A stretch of DNA of 64,000 nucleotides from Candidatus Moraniibacteriota bacterium (GCA_030648835.1 JAUSGT010000002.1:501458-565457); one strand, 5' to 3'; positions 17,898-28,070 are shown, numbered from the stretch's first letter. A program made the numbers and translations. The notes: generated by a model from the sequence alone, not told the origin.

Positions 17898-19202
17898 ATG
17901 GATACGTCTTTAAAGGATTCCATAAAAGCAGAATATAACAAGAGATTTCCTCAAAAAAAGTTTATTCCTGGGGAATCGGTAGTGCCCGTTTCAGGGAAGA
18001 TTTTCGATGCACAAGAAATGATTGGAATGACCGAGGCTGTTTTGGAAGGCTGGTGGACTGAGGGCCACGTTGCCGAGGAATTCGAGAAGAAATTGGCTGA
18101 ATTTGTCGGAGTGAAATTCTGTACCACGGTCAACTCGGGTTCTTCCGCCAACTTGACTGCCTTCACCGCCTTGACTTCGCCTTGGCTTGGAGAAAAAAGA
18201 ATCAAAGCGGGTGATGAAGTGATCACAATCGCGGCGAGCTTTCCGACAACTGTCAACCCCATTATTCAAAACGGGTGTGTTCCCGTGTTCGTCGATATCG
18301 AGATGAAGACCCTCTCTATCGATACCTCGCAGATGAAGAAAGCCTTGAGTAAGAAGACACGCGCGGTGATGGTGGCTCATACTTTGGGAAATCCTTTCGA
18401 GGTGAAAAAAGTCCGAGATTTTTGTAAAAAACATCGTCTCTGGTTTATCGAAGATAATTGTGATGGTCTTGGTAGCGAATATGACGGGCAAAGAACCGGT
18501 TCTTTCGGCGATATTTCGACACTCAGCTTTTATCCGGCACATCATATCAGTACTGGTGAAGGGGGCGCTATCTTCACGAACAACGCTCTGCTTCACAAGG
18601 CCATTCGGTCTATCCGTGACTGGGGAAGGGATTGCTGGTGCCCGACGGGGAAAGAAAATACCTGCGGAGTGCGTTTCAATTGGAAACTAGGCGAATTGCC
18701 TCAGGGCTATGATCATAAATATATTTATTCCCATATCGGTTATAACCTCAAGATGACCGATATTCAGGCCGCTTGCGGATTGGCTCAGCTGAAAAAATTG
18801 GACTCATTCATACGGCAGAGGCGAGAGAATTATGCCTCTTTGCGGAAAAAGTTAGCCAAGTTCCATACGTACTTCGATATCGTCGAAGCAACAGAGAAGA
18901 GTAAGCCCAGTTGGTTTGGGCTATTGCTTACTTTGAAAGATGACTGCGGTTTTCAGCGCAAGGACTTCACGCAATACTTGAATACCAAGAAAATAGGCAC
19001 CCGTCTTCTTTTTGCTGGCAATATCACCAAACAACCGTATTTTATCAACTATCAGGTACCCTATCGCAAGATTGGAGATCTCAAGAATACGGATAAAGTG
19101 ATGAACCAAACACTCTGGCTTGGGGTGTATCCGGGCATAACTGAAGAAATGATTGATTGGATTGCCCAATCCTTTGAAGATTACTTTGAACAGTTCAAAT
19201 AA
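17898..19202 (+). CDS. rfbH: CDP-6-deoxy-D-xylo-4-hexulose 3-dehydrase (E1, PMP-dependent, DegT family)
   Basis: 'TVNSGSSANLTAFTALTSP', 'GDEVITIAASFPTTVNPIIQNG', 'SFYPAHHISTGEGG' (His replaces the PLP Lys, the E1/DdhC hallmark), 'RDWGRDCWCPTG', 'GYNLKMTDIQAACGLAQL'. Confidence 0.85.
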   Translation: MDTSLKDSIKAEYNKRFPQKKFIPGESVVPVSGKIFDAQEMIGMTEAVLEGWWTEGHVAEEFEKKLAEFVGVKFCTTVNSGSSANLTAFTALTSPWLGEKRIKAGDEVITIAASFPTTVNPIIQNGCVPVFVDIEMKTLSIDTSQMKKALSKKTRAVMVAHTLGNPFEVKKVRDFCKKHRLWFIEDNCDGLGSEYDGQRTGSFGDISTLSFYPAHHISTGEGGAIFTNNALLHKAIRSIRDWGRDCWCPTGKENTCGVRFNWKLGELPQGYDHKYIYSHIGYNLKMTDIQAACGLAQLKKLDSFIRQRRENYASLRKKLAKFHTYFDIVEATEKSKPSWFGLLLTLKDDCGFQRKDFTQYLNTKKIGTRLLFAGNITKQPYFINYQVPYRKIGDLKNTDKVMNQTLWLGVYPGITEEMIDWIAQSFEDYFEQFK

Positions 19203-19207
19203 AAAAT

Positions 19208-20977
19208 ATGAAAGCATCAGATTATATTATTGATTTTATTCATGAACAAGGCATTGATCATGTTTTCGGCTATATCGGAGGGGCCATTACTCACTTGGTA
19301 GATTCCATGGATAAGTCAACGACCGTCAAATATATTCAGGTGTATCACGAGCAGACAGCGGCATTGGCAGCCGAAGGGTACGCAAAAAATTCCGGAAAAA
19401 CAGGCGTAGCCATGGCAACGAGTGGTCCCGGCGCTACCAATCTCATGACAGGAATAGCGGATGCCTATTTCGATTCCATCCCGACCGTCTTTATCACCGG
19501 CCAGGTCAACACGTACGAATTCAAATATGACAAGCCGATCAGACAGCAGGGATTCCAGGAGACGGATATCGTAAGCATCGTCCAATCAATTACCAAGTAC
19601 GCCACTATCGTCAGTGACCCGAAAAAAATCCGCTATGAGCTTGAGAAAGCGTTTTATATGGCCAAGGAGGGCAGGCCGGGGCCGGTAGTCATCGATATTC
19701 CTATGGATATCCAAAGAACGGACATTGATCCTGAAAAACTTGAGGGTTTCAGCCCAGAGAAAGAAGGGACGCAGGCCGAAGAGGTTTCTGAGGAAGCTTT
19801 TCAGGAAATTATCGCCCTGCTCAAGCGAAGCAAGCGGCCTATCATACTTGCCGGAGGCGGGATTATTCGCGGAAAAGCGGAAAAAGAACTCCTGCAATTT
19901 GCAAAAAATAACCATATTCCTGTAGTCGCGTCACTCATGGGCAAGGGGTGTTTCCCCGAAAATGATGATTTATTCGTGGGTGTTATTGGCGCTTACGGGA
20001 ATCGTTGTGCCAACATCACACTGGCAAATGCTGACCTCTTGTTCGCGCTCGGCTCGAGAATGGACACGAGACAGATCGGTACGCTATTAAAAAGTTTTTT
20101 ACGGGGTGGAAAGATTATTCATATTGATTTGGATAAGAATGAGATTGAATACCACCGGCTTGAAGGCAGGATAAAAATAAGAGCTGACGTAAAAATTTTC
20201 TTGGAAAAGATGAACAATCATCAGGATGCGAAAGAAGCGCAGGAAGAATGGCTCAGTTACATGAGAAAAATCAGAGAAAAGTATTCTCAAGTCAAGGAAG
20301 TTGAAAAGAATTGTGCCAATAAGCTTCCTTACGAAATGATATGGCTCATCGATAAAAATGCCAAAGAAGACCAGATCTATTGCGTGGATGTCGGGCAGAA
20401 CCAGATGTTTGCCTTCCAAGCGCTTCAAATACGCGCTGGTCAGAAATTCTTTACCAGCGGCGGATTGGCACCCATGGGTTGTGCTGTACCATTTGCCGTG
20501 GGGGCGAGTTTTAGCGATGAGAAGAAAAAGAACATCGTGGTTATTACCGGGGACGGTGGACTCCATATATCCGTCCAGGCTCTGATGCTTATTTCCCAAT
20601 ACGATTTACCTATTAAAGTCGTCGTACTGAACAACTATGCTCTGGGTATGATCACTCAGTTTCAGGATCTCTATTTCGACAAAAAAAAGGTGGGTACAAC
20701 AAAAAAGGGCGGCTATGTGGTTCCGAATTTCAAAGCTCTCGCCAGAGCCTACCACCTTCCCTATTACAGGATCGATAAGAAAAACCTCGCAACGTACGGT
20801 GAAATAGTAGGAAAACCCGGACCATGTTTTATAGAGGTCGTCATTCGCGGAACAACGGAGGTCTATCCAAAATTGGAAGTGAATAATCCCATTGAAGATA
20901 TTAGCCCAAAACTCAGCCGGGAAGAGTTAAAGGAAAGTATGATCATCGATCCGATCAGCACTGAAGCCGCCTTCTAA
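19208..20977 (+). CDS. Thiamine-diphosphate-dependent enzyme, acetolactate-synthase-large-subunit-like (candidate YerE-like C-branching enzyme)
   Basis: TPP_enzyme N, central and C domains: 'GYIGGAITHLVDSM', 'GVAMATSGPGATNLMTGIADAYFDSIPTVFITGQV', 'ITGDGGLHISVQALM...VVLNNYALGMI'. Sits directly after rfbFGH. Confidence 0.75.
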   Translation: MKASDYIIDFIHEQGIDHVFGYIGGAITHLVDSMDKSTTVKYIQVYHEQTAALAAEGYAKNSGKTGVAMATSGPGATNLMTGIADAYFDSIPTVFITGQVNTYEFKYDKPIRQQGFQETDIVSIVQSITKYATIVSDPKKIRYELEKAFYMAKEGRPGPVVIDIPMDIQRTDIDPEKLEGFSPEKEGTQAEEVSEEAFQEIIALLKRSKRPIILAGGGIIRGKAEKELLQFAKNNHIPVVASLMGKGCFPENDDLFVGVIGAYGNRCANITLANADLLFALGSRMDTRQIGTLLKSFLRGGKIIHIDLDKNEIEYHRLEGRIKIRADVKIFLEKMNNHQDAKEAQEEWLSYMRKIREKYSQVKEVEKNCANKLPYEMIWLIDKNAKEDQIYCVDVGQNQMFAFQALQIRAGQKFFTSGGLAPMGCAVPFAVGASFSDEKKKNIVVITGDGGLHISVQALMLISQYDLPIKVVVLNNYALGMITQFQDLYFDKKKVGTTKKGGYVVPNFKALARAYHLPYYRIDKKNLATYGEIVGKPGPCFIEVVIRGTTEVYPKLEVNNPIEDISPKLSREELKESMIIDPISTEAAF

Positions 20978-21026
20978 CTACCCATTCCTATTTACCGGTA
21001 ATGAAATACAGGCAGTTGAACATCAT

Positions 21027-21953
21027 ATGAGAAATATAGCCATACTGGGTGCTACAGGATATATTGGAAAGTCTTTGGTTCAGCACTTATCTAGACAAAA
21101 AGAAGATAAGTTTTTTTTATTTGCCAGATCACAGGAAAAGTTGAAAAAACTTTTGTATGTCACTGATCGTAATCCGCTATTTACCACCGGATCATTCCAG
21201 AAATTTTCTGCCGGCCACTATGATGTTGTGATAAATTGTGTTGGGATGGGTAATCCGAATGAGGTAAGGAAGTCAGGAATGAAAATTATTCAAGTTACGG
21301 AAAAATTTGATAATTTGATTTTAAAATACTTAGAGAAGCACCCGAACACACTGTATATAAATTTGAGTAGCGGGGCAGTGTATGGAAAAATAATTGAGAA
21401 GCCTCTGGAAATTACTTCACAATCTGTTATCGACATAAACAACCTTGACTCTGGTGATTATTATGCTATCGCCAAAATGAACTCAGAGGCAAAGCACAGG
21501 GCATTGCCAAATTTCAATATTGTTGATATTAGGGTTTTTTCTTTTTTCAGCCATTTTATTGACTTATCTTCCGGTTATCTCCTGGCTGATATTATAAACT
21601 CTTTGCGGTATAAAAAGGAACTGATAACGAGTCCGGATGATATTATTCGTGATTATGTCGGTGCGGTCGAGCTTTGGGATCTGATGAAACTAATAATGAA
21701 AAAAAGAACGGCGAATGATGTCTTCGATATTTATAGCGCTAAGCCGGTATCGAAATTTGCATTGCTTAAATACTTAAAAAGAAGATACGGATTGCAATAC
21801 TCGATAGTGAAAACTTCTCGGAAACAAAGCCCTACCGGTATCAAAAAATTTTACTATTCAAAAAATAGAAAAGCCAAAAACATAGGCTATTCCCCAAAAA
21901 AAACTTCTTTAGAAATAGTTGATGATGAAATTAAGTACTGTTTACTCCCATGA
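21027..21953 (+). CDS. NAD(P)-dependent epimerase/dehydratase/reductase family protein (candidate YerF-like ketoreductase)
   Basis: 'MRNIAILGATGYIGKSLV' Rossmann motif, 'SSGAVYG'. Atypical SDR fold. Confidence 0.6.
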   Translation: MRNIAILGATGYIGKSLVQHLSRQKEDKFFLFARSQEKLKKLLYVTDRNPLFTTGSFQKFSAGHYDVVINCVGMGNPNEVRKSGMKIIQVTEKFDNLILKYLEKHPNTLYINLSSGAVYGKIIEKPLEITSQSVIDINNLDSGDYYAIAKMNSEAKHRALPNFNIVDIRVFSFFSHFIDLSSGYLLADIINSLRYKKELITSPDDIIRDYVGAVELWDLMKLIMKKRTANDVFDIYSAKPVSKFALLKYLKRRYGLQYSIVKTSRKQSPTGIKKFYYSKNRKAKNIGYSPKKTSLEIVDDEIKYCLLP

Positions 21954-22648
21954 ACATCGAAAAATACTCGGAAGTAGCCCCCCAATATTACCAGGAGGAG
22001 GTTCCTCAACTTCTTGATAAGTACTTACTGAGTACCAAATTTTCGAATATTTTGGATTGTGGATGTGGGGATGGGCCTTTGCTGTATGCTCTCTGCAGGC
22101 GGGAGGATTTTGGCACAAAGAAAATATTTGCCATAGATCTCTCACAAAAACGAATAGAGCTGGTGAAAAAAATAAGCACCAATATTATTGCCACGGTGGA
22201 TAGCGCTGAAGAGATGGACACCATTGCTGACCAAAGCATCGATTTTTTCATCTCTACGCAAGTAATAGAACACGTAGATGACAAAAAAATGATAATGAAA
22301 ATAGCTGAAAAAGTGAAAAGCGGGGGAACAATCTATGTATCCACTGTATTTAAGAAGTGGTATGGCTGGTATTTCTACCGAAATCACGGAACGTGGGTTC
22401 TGGATCCGACTCATTTGAGAGAATACTCTTCCGATGAACAACTCTTGGACTTATTTGATAAGAGAGAATTTGTGTTGTTGGAGAACAGGAAACAACTGCA
22501 ATGGTTTCCTGTTTCTGATTTCTTCATAAAAAGATTGGGGTTGAAAGACAGGAAGCTATATGAAAATAGGCTTATGCAGATCATCCGAAAAGTGAAAATA
22601 CCGATTTTAGGCTATTATAATTGGGAAATTGTCATGAGAAGAGTATGA
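21950..22648 (+). CDS. Class I SAM-dependent methyltransferase
   Basis: 'ILDCGCGDGPLLYAL' motif I, 'STQVIEHVDD', 'KSGGTIYVS'. Confidence 0.7.
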   Translation: MNIEKYSEVAPQYYQEEVPQLLDKYLLSTKFSNILDCGCGDGPLLYALCRREDFGTKKIFAIDLSQKRIELVKKISTNIIATVDSAEEMDTIADQSIDFFISTQVIEHVDDKKMIMKIAEKVKSGGTIYVSTVFKKWYGWYFYRNHGTWVLDPTHLREYSSDEQLLDLFDKREFVLLENRKQLQWFPVSDFFIKRLGLKDRKLYENRLMQIIRKVKIPILGYYNWEIVMRRV

Positions 22649-23700
22649 TGTCTGGCCAAGAACCATTGACAATAAGCGTGGTTATTCCGACGTATAATAT
22701 GGCGCATGTTATTGGTGATACGATCAAGAGCGTCCTCAATCAGTCATACGGAAATTTTGAAATAATCGTTCAAGATAATGATTCTCAGGATAATACCGCG
22801 ACCGTAATCCGATCTTTTGCCGATCCTAGGATCAAATACTTCAAAAACAGCGCTAATCTCGGGTATGCCAAAAATCTTATTGCCGGATGGAAAAATTGCA
22901 CTGGTGATATTCTCTATTTCTTGGGGGCGGATGATGTATTATCAAAAAACGCTCTCAAAGAAACAAGCGCGGCTTTTATGAGAGATGAAAACATCGGAGC
23001 GGTGACGCGGTCGTATTTCTGGTTTCAAGGCTCTACAGAGCATATACGGACTCCGATAAGGGTAACCCCGATACTCAATGAACATCAGGATGAAACAATT
23101 GATATTCATAATATTCAAAAAGCGATGTATGTTATGCATAATGAGATTTTGGGTCAGTTATCAGGCCTGGCTTTTCGGATACAATACTTACAAGAGAGTT
23201 TCTTCACCAGAGAGAACAATTGGATAGCGCATGGATACCCGTTTCTTCATATTTTTAAAAAGCACCCGGTAGTTTTTTTGAAAAATCATCAGGTAGCGGT
23301 GAGAATAGGGGAAAACACGATACGACAAAAAGGGAATACGTTCTATCTCATATCGCCCACAAAACGGTGGATCGAAATGCTGGACGAAATATTGTATGAA
23401 GATGAATTTAAGGAATTAAAAACATGTTTCATTAAAAAAATTATTGCTTCCAATTACGTTGGTCTGGTTCAAATCAAATCCTACGCGGGTATGTATTTCC
23501 TCCTCCGAGAAATTGGTTATTTGCTGAAATATAGGATATCAAATATCTTGAGTGTCAGATTCTGGTTTTTTTCTCTGGGGAGCATAGTGGTTCCCGGCTT
23601 TCTTTTGGGGAGAATGGCTGACTACTACAAAAATCGAATCAACAGTAAAATTATGAAGGAAATTCATTTTGAGTACGATCTAAGCAGTAAACAAACATAA
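22645..23700 (+). CDS. GT2 glycosyltransferase
   Basis: 'ISVVIPTYNMAHVIGDTIKSVLNQSY..FEIIVQDNDSQDNT', 'LGADDVL'. Confidence 0.7.
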   Translation: MMSGQEPLTISVVIPTYNMAHVIGDTIKSVLNQSYGNFEIIVQDNDSQDNTATVIRSFADPRIKYFKNSANLGYAKNLIAGWKNCTGDILYFLGADDVLSKNALKETSAAFMRDENIGAVTRSYFWFQGSTEHIRTPIRVTPILNEHQDETIDIHNIQKAMYVMHNEILGQLSGLAFRIQYLQESFFTRENNWIAHGYPFLHIFKKHPVVFLKNHQVAVRIGENTIRQKGNTFYLISPTKRWIEMLDEILYEDEFKELKTCFIKKIIASNYVGLVQIKSYAGMYFLLREIGYLLKYRISNILSVRFWFFSLGSIVVPGFLLGRMADYYKNRINSKIMKEIHFEYDLSSKQT

Positions 23701-23704
23701 TAGT

Positions 23705-24613
23705 ATGGGATTGACCTCATCCAATTTGAAATTTATCCTAAAGAAAAGCAAGAAGTATGCATTTACCGGCCCTCTTCTGACTTTTGGAAATCAGGATATC
23801 TATGCCACTGCGGAGAATATCAGGCGTTGGGCGAAAGAAGACGATATTCTTTTGTCTCAACCAGAGAAGATTCTGCTTTCGACGAGCGGAGATGTGCCTA
23901 CCATCAACAAAGAGGCGAAAGAGTATATCCATGCCAAAACTTTCTTTGAATTTTTGGGGATCCGAGAAGCTGACTATTACGACATTGACAAATTTGATTT
24001 TGATCGGCCCAAGATCATTCACGACCTGCAGTACCCGGTTGATGCCAAGTATCATGATTTTTTCAATCTTATTGTAGATAGTGGAACATTGGAGCATATC
24101 TTTGACGTGAGAGCGGTGATGGAAAATACCGTGAAAATGACCAAAGTAGGGGGGTATGTGCTGCAATTTATACCCGCTCAAAACTTCTTGAATCACGGAT
24201 TCTATCAATTTTCCCCGACATTTTTTTATGACTTTTTTACAGCCAATGGCTTCGAAATCGTTGAATCTTATCTGATAGAAGTCCGAGGCAGATCGGACAG
24301 ATACCACTCATATGATCAGGAAAAAGATTATACGGGGGTATTTTTCAATCCGCGGAACCGACTGGTGAATTGCTTTCTCTCGAGAAAGGTCAAAAAGGTG
24401 GATCACATAGAACTTCCTGATCAATTCTTTTACAAAAAGCTGGCCGAAGATACGAAAAAAGTTGCACAAGATTTCCGGAAGTCCGGGTTCGACAAGGTAA
24501 GCACGTATTTTCGCTCCTTGATCCCCATCAGATTTCACGGCTTATTTTTTGGATTGTATACGTTTTTGAAAAGGATGTCGTCAAAAAGAAAGTACATTGA
24601 TATAAGAAAATAG
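23705..24613 (+). CDS. Hypothetical protein, possibly divergent SAM-methyltransferase fold
   Basis: 'FNLIVDSGTLEHIFDVRAVMENTVKMTKVGGYVLQFIPA' resembles MTase motifs II-III. No clear GxGxG. Confidence 0.35.
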   Translation: MGLTSSNLKFILKKSKKYAFTGPLLTFGNQDIYATAENIRRWAKEDDILLSQPEKILLSTSGDVPTINKEAKEYIHAKTFFEFLGIREADYYDIDKFDFDRPKIIHDLQYPVDAKYHDFFNLIVDSGTLEHIFDVRAVMENTVKMTKVGGYVLQFIPAQNFLNHGFYQFSPTFFYDFFTANGFEIVESYLIEVRGRSDRYHSYDQEKDYTGVFFNPRNRLVNCFLSRKVKKVDHIELPDQFFYKKLAEDTKKVAQDFRKSGFDKVSTYFRSLIPIRFHGLFFGLYTFLKRMSSKRKYIDIRK

Positions 24614-24614
24614 T

Positions 24615-25838
24615 ATGGAGAACAATGTTCCTCATCTGGCTAAGAAAAAAATAATTTTCATAGCCAATCTTGATACCGGCCAAGGGATGAGCGGTGGGAG
24701 TAGAATCTATTTCGAGTTGCTGAAAAAAATTCCCGAGAATTTTGAGACTTTTTTCTTTGGTTCTCGTGGTACTATCAAACGCCTACAGCAGGAGAACGTG
24801 AAGAATACTACGTTTTTTGAGACGGATAAAAGTGATAAAACGAATCTCTATTCATTGTTTGGTGTTTTCTATCACTCTCTCACAAGGCTTATTAAAGGTA
24901 TTAGTATTGTGAGAAAAGAAAAAGACATAATAGAGAACGCAAACTACGTATTTTCGACTTCAGACTTTCTGCCTGATGTTATTCCGGCGATATTTCTCAA
25001 ATGGAAGCAGCCTCACACAAAATGGATTGCGGCTTTTTATTTTTTTGCACCAAAGCCGTGGCAGAAGGTCAATCCTTACGCGACTTCTATTGCCAGAAGA
25101 ATCATGGGAGTTGGATATTGGCTGACACAGTTACTCAGCTATTGGTTGATAAGAAAATGGGCTGATTTGGTTATTTCCTGTAATGAACTTGACAGGAAAA
25201 TTTTCACACAGGAGGGATTCCCCGCAGAAAAAATCATATCAATCTATGGGGGGGTGGATCTGGATTTTATAAATAGTGTTCCGGCTCCGCAGGAAAAGAG
25301 CTACGACGCTGTATTTATGGCTCGCTTTCATCCCCAGAAAGGACCTTTGACAGCCGTACGGGCTTGGGAAGAGGTTGTGAGAAGTATGCCGCATGCCCAA
25401 TTGGTGATGATTGGCAATGGTTCGGAAGAAGCTCAAGTCATTTCTTTTATTAAAGAAAAACATCTGGAGCAAAATATCACATTGGTAGGCTTTAAGGATG
25501 GAGTAGAGAAGTATACTCTTCTAAAATCCGCTAAAATTTTCCTCCACTCAGCTATTTATGAAACCGGTGGGATGGCGGCAGCCGAAGGCATGGCATGTGG
25601 GCTTCCGGTGGTTGCTTTTGACCAAGAAGGTTTTGAGTATTGCTATCCACAGGGGCTCTTAGCAGTGTCTCCTATAGGGGATTATCGCAAAATGGCGGAG
25701 GCAGTCCTGCAACTGTTGTATAACGAAGAAAAATATAGTACCCTTAAGAACGATGCTCTGGAGCTCGTTTCACGGGAATGGGATTGGAAGAAAAGGGTCT
25801 CTTTTATTCTGGATAAAATGAGAAATTTAGGAGATTAA
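24615..25838 (+). CDS. GT4 glycosyltransferase
   Basis: C-terminal 'FLHSAIYETGGMAAAEGMACGLPVVAFDQEG' (E-x7-E region of GT-B retaining enzymes). Confidence 0.8.
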   Translation: MENNVPHLAKKKIIFIANLDTGQGMSGGSRIYFELLKKIPENFETFFFGSRGTIKRLQQENVKNTTFFETDKSDKTNLYSLFGVFYHSLTRLIKGISIVRKEKDIIENANYVFSTSDFLPDVIPAIFLKWKQPHTKWIAAFYFFAPKPWQKVNPYATSIARRIMGVGYWLTQLLSYWLIRKWADLVISCNELDRKIFTQEGFPAEKIISIYGGVDLDFINSVPAPQEKSYDAVFMARFHPQKGPLTAVRAWEEVVRSMPHAQLVMIGNGSEEAQVISFIKEKHLEQNITLVGFKDGVEKYTLLKSAKIFLHSAIYETGGMAAAEGMACGLPVVAFDQEGFEYCYPQGLLAVSPIGDYRKMAEAVLQLLYNEEKYSTLKNDALELVSREWDWKKRVSFILDKMRNLGD

Positions 25839-25857
25839 TTGGTTTAACTGTTTTTGT

Positions 25858-27105
25858 ATGAAAAGGCAACCGGTAAAAATAGCCAAGCACTGCAGAACAT
25901 GCAAATCGTCGGATTTGGAGAAGATTCTCTCATTAGGCGATATGCCGATGGTGAATAATTTTTTGACTTCGTACCAGTTAGATCAGCCTGAATTGAAGTT
26001 TCCTTTGACAGTCGTTTTTTGTCCGAAGTGCGGTATGGTCGAGACACTGGAAGTGGTGAATCCATCTCTCATGTATACCAACTACGTCTATATCTCGACA
26101 TTCTCCAAAACTATGGCCGATCACTTTGATACGTTGGCCAAGTCGCTTATAGAGCGATTCGGGATGACATCGCGTTCATTGGTGGTAGAGATGGGGAGCA
26201 ACGACGGACTTTTTTTGAAAAAGTTCAAGAAATACGGTGTAAAGGTCCTGGGTGTGGATCCTGCCAAAAACCTTGCGAAAATCGCCAATCAGGAAGGTAT
26301 CGAAACTTTAGATACATTTTTCAGCAAGAAGATCGCCGGTAAAATCGTCAAAGAAAAAGGTCGGGCCTCTCTGGTAATCGGCACCAACGTGTTCGCACAT
26401 ATCGATGATCTTGACGACGTTCTGAAAGGTTTGAATACCGTTTTGAAAAAAGATGGTATTTTTGTTGCAGAATTTCCCTACCTTGTTGATCTGGTTTCCG
26501 GCGTGCAATTCGATACTATCTATCATGAGCACCTGAGTTACTTTTCGATGAAACCATTGGCGCACCTGTTCAATCGTTTCGATCTGGAACTTTTTGATGT
26601 GGAACGAACCCCGGTACATGGCGGATCGGTGATAATCTATGTGAAAAGAAAGGGGATAAAATCGGCGCAAACTGCGCGGCTGAAGCGTTTGTTGGCGGAA
26701 GAGGAAAGGCTAGGAATCCACAAGAAGAAGACTCTTGATGTGTTCGCAAAAAAAGTGCTCGTTATCAAAAGGGATCTCAACAAGCTTCTTGCCAGCTTGA
26801 AGAAAAGAAAAAAGAAGGTTGTGGGTTTTGGAGCTCCGGCCAAAGGCAACATTCTTCTCAACTACTGCGGCATTGATGGCAAACTCATTGATTACTTGAC
26901 GGACAACATCCCGTACAAGCATGGGCTCTATGCGCCAGGAACACATTTGCAAGTTTTCCCAGAGGAGAGAGTAGCGGAAGAACAGCCGGATTATCTCCTT
27001 CTTCTTCCATGGAATTTTAAAAAAGAAATACTTCGTAAGTTGGGGAATTATAGAAAAAAGGGTGGGAAGATTATCATTCCTGTACCAAAAGTTGAAATCA
27101 TTTAG
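25858..27105 (+). CDS. SAM-dependent C-methyltransferase, TylC3/NovU-like (N-terminal Zn ribbon + MTase + C-terminal C-methyltransferase domain)
   Basis: 'CRTCKS....CPKCGMVE' four-Cys zinc ribbon, 'VVEMGSNDGLF' motif I, 'GFGAPAKGNILLNYCGI' C-terminal domain. Confidence 0.6.
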   Translation: MKRQPVKIAKHCRTCKSSDLEKILSLGDMPMVNNFLTSYQLDQPELKFPLTVVFCPKCGMVETLEVVNPSLMYTNYVYISTFSKTMADHFDTLAKSLIERFGMTSRSLVVEMGSNDGLFLKKFKKYGVKVLGVDPAKNLAKIANQEGIETLDTFFSKKIAGKIVKEKGRASLVIGTNVFAHIDDLDDVLKGLNTVLKKDGIFVAEFPYLVDLVSGVQFDTIYHEHLSYFSMKPLAHLFNRFDLELFDVERTPVHGGSVIIYVKRKGIKSAQTARLKRLLAEEERLGIHKKKTLDVFAKKVLVIKRDLNKLLASLKKRKKKVVGFGAPAKGNILLNYCGIDGKLIDYLTDNIPYKHGLYAPGTHLQVFPEERVAEEQPDYLLLLPWNFKKEILRKLGNYRKKGGKIIIPVPKVEII

Positions 27106-27139
27106 AAGTAAAAAATTCAAGGTATAAAAATTTGCTGCA

Positions 27140-28069
27140 ATGAGCGAGCTTAAGTGTAAAGTATGTGTTTCCTCGAGTAACCGTAAGCTATTTACTTCAA
27201 AAAATGTTCATGGCCGGCATCTTTTGGGGGACGAGAAGTTCTCGGTCATTGAATGTTTGAAGTGCAAGACTGTCTTCACGGATGTCGTCGTCGATGCCGG
27301 TTATTATAAGAAGTATTATCTTGAGGACTATTATGATCCTACGTCAGCAACGGATAACGTTGTAGCACGAGCTGTTTTGGGATGGGTGGATTTCTTGGGA
27401 CACTGGCGTCGCATGAGGACAATAAAAAAATTCGCGCAAAAAGGGAAAAAGTTATTGGAAATAGGCTGTGGACGTGGCGCATTTCTGGCTCGATTACCGA
27501 AGTACTTTGAGAAGTACGGGGTGGAAATCAATGACGACGGCGTTTCTTACATCAAGGCGCATTATCCGGATGTGACGGTATACGGCGAGAAAATCGACTT
27601 GCCCGGATTTTCGGGAAATCGGAAGTATGATGTGATTATAATGTGGCATGTTTTGGAGCATATTGACGATCCGAATAGTTTTTTTCAGGCCTTGAGAGGA
27701 CTCCTCGCCCCGAATGGCGTTTTCATCTGTGATATACCGAACAGAGATAGCTTGGGGTTTACCATTACAAAGAGCAATTGGTTTCATCTTGACACGCCGA
27801 GGCACCTTTTCTTTTATAATTATACAAGCCTCAGGGCGTTACTTAAGAGACATCAATTAGAAATAATTTCTTTTTCGGCTGATCCTTACTATTACTTTCA
27901 TGATTTATCTGCCAGTTTCTATGGAAAGTTTAAATGCAATAATCGGTTTATCAATAGAGCGCTGTTTATTCTCATTGTGCCACCGATGCTGGTAGTGAGA
28001 TTTATCATTTCGATACTTCTGCCCCGAAAGGCAGAAATAAATACATATGTAATTGCTCACTCGAATTAG
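27140..28069 (+). CDS. Class I SAM-dependent methyltransferase with N-terminal Zn ribbon
   Basis: 'CKVC....CLKCKTVF', 'LLEIGCGRGAFLARL', 'IMWHVLEHIDDP'. Confidence 0.65.
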   Translation: MSELKCKVCVSSSNRKLFTSKNVHGRHLLGDEKFSVIECLKCKTVFTDVVVDAGYYKKYYLEDYYDPTSATDNVVARAVLGWVDFLGHWRRMRTIKKFAQKGKKLLEIGCGRGAFLARLPKYFEKYGVEINDDGVSYIKAHYPDVTVYGEKIDLPGFSGNRKYDVIIMWHVLEHIDDPNSFFQALRGLLAPNGVFICDIPNRDSLGFTITKSNWFHLDTPRHLFFYNYTSLRALLKRHQLEIISFSADPYYYFHDLSASFYGKFKCNNRFINRALFILIVPPMLVVRFIISILLPRKAEINTYVIAHSN

Positions 28070-28070
28070 T

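Noticed and set aside
17991-18596. 201-aa minus-strand ORF inside rfbH
   Set aside because: rfbH is a strong match. The antisense ORF is a GC-frame artefact.
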